In this document: positions 61,800-64,000 of the stretch, in pieces | Position numbering within the stretch: position 1 is the first letter of the stretch | Layout of the letters: each line of letters begins with the position of its first letter | Source of the DNA: an uncultured Caldilineaceae bacterium | GTDB taxonomy: Bacteria > Chloroflexota > Anaerolineae > 4572-78 > J111 | Direction: 5' to 3' | NCBI GenBank assembly: GCA_964612485.1 | Contig: CAZTFF010000018.1 | Span: 12,598 to 76,597, forward strand | Length of the DNA stretch: 64,000 nucleotides | Made by a program: the position numbers and the translations under genes | The notes under the pieces: generated by a model | Database searches by the model: none | Seen by the model: the letters and a program-made list of their open reading frames with translations, nothing else | Told to the model about the DNA's origin: nothing

Positions 61800-62984
61800 C
61801 TACACCGGCTGCTCCGCCACCTGCAAATGAAGCTGCTGGCCGGTGTAGGGGTGGCGGGCGGCTACGGCTTCATCCAGCTCAACGCCCAGCCCCGGCGCGG
61901 TGGGGGGAATAACGTAGCCGTTGTCCCACTGCACCGGCTTTTTGAGGATTTCGGCGTGGAAGCCGCCCCAGGTTTCGATGCTTTCCAAAATCAGAAAGTT
62001 GGGGCTGCATGTGGAAAGTTGAATATTGGCCGCGCCCACAATCGGGCCGCAGTAGAGGTGGGGCGCAATTTGGGCGTAGTGCGCTTCGGCCATGCCCGCG
62101 ATTTTTTTGGCTTCCAGGATGCCGCCCACGCGCCCCAGGTTCATCTGCAAAATCGAGGCCGCCTGTTGGGCCAGCAGCCGGGCAAATTCGTATTTGGTGG
62201 CCAGCCGTTCGCCGGTAGCAATGGGGATACTGGTGGAACGGGCCACGCGGGCCATTTCGGCGGTATTTTCCGGCGGCACCGGCTCCTCGAACCAGAGCGG
62301 GTCAAACGGCTCCAATCGTTGGGCCAGCCGGATAGCGCTGGAGGTGGTCATCTGGCCGTGGGTACCAAACAGCAGATCGGCCTGGCTGCCCACCGCCTGG
62401 CGGATTTTTTTGACAAACGTCTCGGCCCGGTCCAGCGCCTCCAGCGAGAGTTGGCGGGGATCAAACGCGCCGTACGGCCCCACCGGGTCAAACTTAACGG
62501 CGGTGAACCCCTGCTGCACGTATTCCGCCGCGCGTTGGGCGGCCAGGTCGGGGTCGCGGTACACGTTGCTTTTATCGCCTTCCTGGGGGTAGATGTAGGT
62601 GTACGACCTGAGTTTATCGTGAACCTGTCCGCCCAGCAGCTCGTAGACCGGCTTGCCGACTTCTTTACCCACAATATCCCAGCAGGCCATTTCGATGGCG
62701 CTGAGTACGGCCACCAGCGAGAGATCGGGGTGTTGGGTGTAGCCGCTGGAATAGATAATGCGCCACAGCCGCTCGATTTTGAAAGGATCGGCCCCCATCA
62801 CCGAGCGGTGGCACACATCTTCTACCATTTGGGCCACCACGTGGGGGTGAAAAGGAACGGCGTAAACCTCGCCAAAGCCTTCCACGCCGCTGTCGGTGGT
62901 GAGTTTGAGAAATACAAAGAACGGCCCGCCAAAATGGGGCGGGGGATTCTCGACAACGTAGGTTTTTACATCCGTAATTTTCAT
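61800..62984 (-). CDS. Enolase-superfamily enzyme (mandelate racemase/muconate lactonizing, sugar-acid dehydratase-like)
   Basis: MKITDVKTYVV....GVEGFGEVY capping domain, AIEMACWDIVGK, FDPLWFEEP, and ATGERL barrel motifs. Confidence 0.88.
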   Translation of the reverse strand: MKITDVKTYVVENPPPHFGGPFFVFLKLTTDSGVEGFGEVYAVPFHPHVVAQMVEDVCHRSVMGADPFKIERLWRIIYSSGYTQHPDLSLVAVLSAIEMACWDIVGKEVGKPVYELLGGQVHDKLRSYTYIYPQEGDKSNVYRDPDLAAQRAAEYVQQGFTAVKFDPVGPYGAFDPRQLSLEALDRAETFVKKIRQAVGSQADLLFGTHGQMTTSSAIRLAQRLEPFDPLWFEEPVPPENTAEMARVARSTSIPIATGERLATKYEFARLLAQQAASILQMNLGRVGGILEAKKIAGMAEAHYAQIAPHLYCGPIVGAANIQLSTCSPNFLILESIETWGGFHAEILKKPVQWDNGYVIPPTAPGLGVELDEAVAARHPYTGQQLHLQVAEQPV

Positions 62985-63006
62985 AATCGTTCAGCTCCAA
63001 TCTTCA

Positions 63007-64000
63007 TCAAAATACAATGACATTCCGCAAGGCATCGCCCTGTTTTACCGCCGTGATCGCCTCGTTGATTTTGGCCAGGGGGTAGCGGGCGGTAATCAAT
63101 TCATCCAGTTTGAGGCGGCGCTGTTGGTAGAGGGCCACCAGCCGGGGTATATCGACGCCAAGGCGGGTAGACCCCATTTTGCTCCCCAGGATGCGCCGGG
63201 TGGCCCCGGCAAAGTTGGCGGCCTCGATCTGCAATTTAACCCCGCTGGCCGGCATGCCAACCACTACCAGCGCGCCGGTCTGGTGTAACAGCGCCAGCCC
63301 CTGTTCCATGGCTTGGGCGCTGCCTACGGTTACAAACACATAATCCGCGCCGCGCCCGCCGGTGAGAGCTTTGACGGTTTCTAGCGTATCCTGCATTGCC
63401 GGGTTGATGGTGTGTGTCGCCCCAAAGGTTGTGGCCGCGGCCAGTTTGTTGTCTCGCAGATCCACGGCAATGATCGGCTGCGCGCCGGATAACACCGCCC
63501 CCTGAATACTGTTGAGGCCCACCCCACCCACGCCAATGACCACCACGCTGCTGCCGGTGGGCACTTGCGCCGTATTGGTCACTGCGCCCAGCCCGGTGAT
63601 CACGCCGCAAGCCAGCAAAGAGGCGCTGTCCAGCGGCATCTCCGGGGGAATGGGCACGGCCTGCGATTCTTCCACCACGACTGCTTCGGCAAAGGCCCCG
63701 GTACGCATCGCTTGATGCAGCGGTTGGCCCGCCTGGGTGCAGATGCGGCTTTCACTGTCCAGGGGAAAGGTGGCTTCGCACATATAAGTGTGGCCCTGGG
63801 CGCAGTAAAAACATTTTCCACAGGAGCGGATGAGGGAGACTACCACGCGATCCCCCGGCTTGACTCGCGTGACGCCGGGGCCAATCGTTTTGACCACGCC
63901 GGCGGCTTCGTGGCCATACACGGCGGGCAAAATTCCGCCCCACGCGCCGTCCATATAGTGAATATCGCTGTGGCAGATGGCGCAGGCGGCCAATTCAACT
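63007..64000 (-). CDS. Zinc-dependent alcohol dehydrogenase family protein, N-terminus beyond the window edge
   Basis: CAICHSDIHYMDG...GHEAAGVV (catalytic Zn), the structural-Zn Cys cluster CGKCFYCAQGHTYMC, and the GVGGVGLNSIQGA Rossmann motif. The frame stays open to position 64000. Confidence 0.9.
   Translation of the reverse strand, partial: VELAACAICHSDIHYMDGAWGGILPAVYGHEAAGVVKTIGPGVTRVKPGDRVVVSLIRSCGKCFYCAQGHTYMCEATFPLDSESRICTQAGQPLHQAMRTGAFAEAVVVEESQAVPIPPEMPLDSASLLACGVITGLGAVTNTAQVPTGSSVVVIGVGGVGLNSIQGAVLSGAQPIIAVDLRDNKLAAATTFGATHTINPAMQDTLETVKALTGGRGADYVFVTVGSAQAMEQGLALLHQTGALVVVGMPASGVKLQIEAANFAGATRRILGSKMGSTRLGVDIPRLVALYQQRRLKLDELITARYPLAKINEAITAVKQGDALRNVIVF

Noticed and set aside
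61773-63020. A 415-aa plus-strand ORF covering the entire enolase-superfamily gene.
   Set aside because: It is a mirror ORF typical of GC-rich DNA. Its translation is Arg/Gly/His/Ala-rich low complexity with no recognisable motifs. The minus-strand frame carries clear mandelate-racemase-family motifs. The same reasoning rejects 53560..54873 (-), 57054..58319 (+), 25876..26871 (+), 48407..49270 (-), 35301..36131 (+), 44446..45090 (-), 46449..47228 (-) and similar antisense ORFs in the track.
1-64000. A scan for tRNA/rRNA genes, integrases, transposases, reverse transcriptases, cas genes and known multi-gene defence systems.
   Set aside because: I did not recognise any. The only defence-type or mobile items are the solitary RHH-MazF pair and the two non-autonomous MITE-like copies. 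RecD2 is flanked by housekeeping and regulatory genes rather than by defence partners.

Overview
About 55 genes on a GC-rich bacterial chromosomal segment with AT-rich intergenic regions. The gene content looks Chloroflexota-like or cyanobacteria-like, but that taxonomic guess is low confidence. Most of the window is housekeeping. It carries the origin-proximal set rpmH-rnpA-yidD-yidC-jag-parA-parB (no dnaA), mutM, lspA-rluD, miaA, an ABC-F ATPase, recD2 and a pyrC/pyrFE/pyrB block. I saw no rRNA, tRNA, CRISPR array, transposase or integrase.

The most interesting items:
1. A tightly coupled six-gene operon (1464-6907) with three zinc-ribbon/DUF4178 paralogs, a DUF350 protein, a 61-aa mini-protein and a membrane-fused spermidine-synthase-like enzyme. 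Two of its products end in the same Gly-rich C-terminal tail.
2. A dedicated exosortase-EpsI fusion (59762-61297) sitting just upstream of a single 985-aa polytopic VIT-vWA protein that ends in a PEP-CTERM signal (56757-59714).
3. A 1507-aa secreted protein with three lamin-tail domains, a PHP phosphoesterase domain and an OB-like domain.
4. A roughly 100-nt MITE-like element present twice, with terminal inverted repeats and 8-bp target-site duplications.
5. An orphan promoter-plus-terminator unit that could encode a roughly 95-nt CCUCC-rich small RNA.
6. A pyr leader with promoter, 19-codon leader ORF and intrinsic terminator, followed by a CAD-like dihydroorotase and a pyrF-pyrE fusion.
7. 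A family of hairpins built from tandem 7-9-nt words at gene 3' ends.

All calls rest on reading the sequence and on family motifs recalled from memory. No searches were run.
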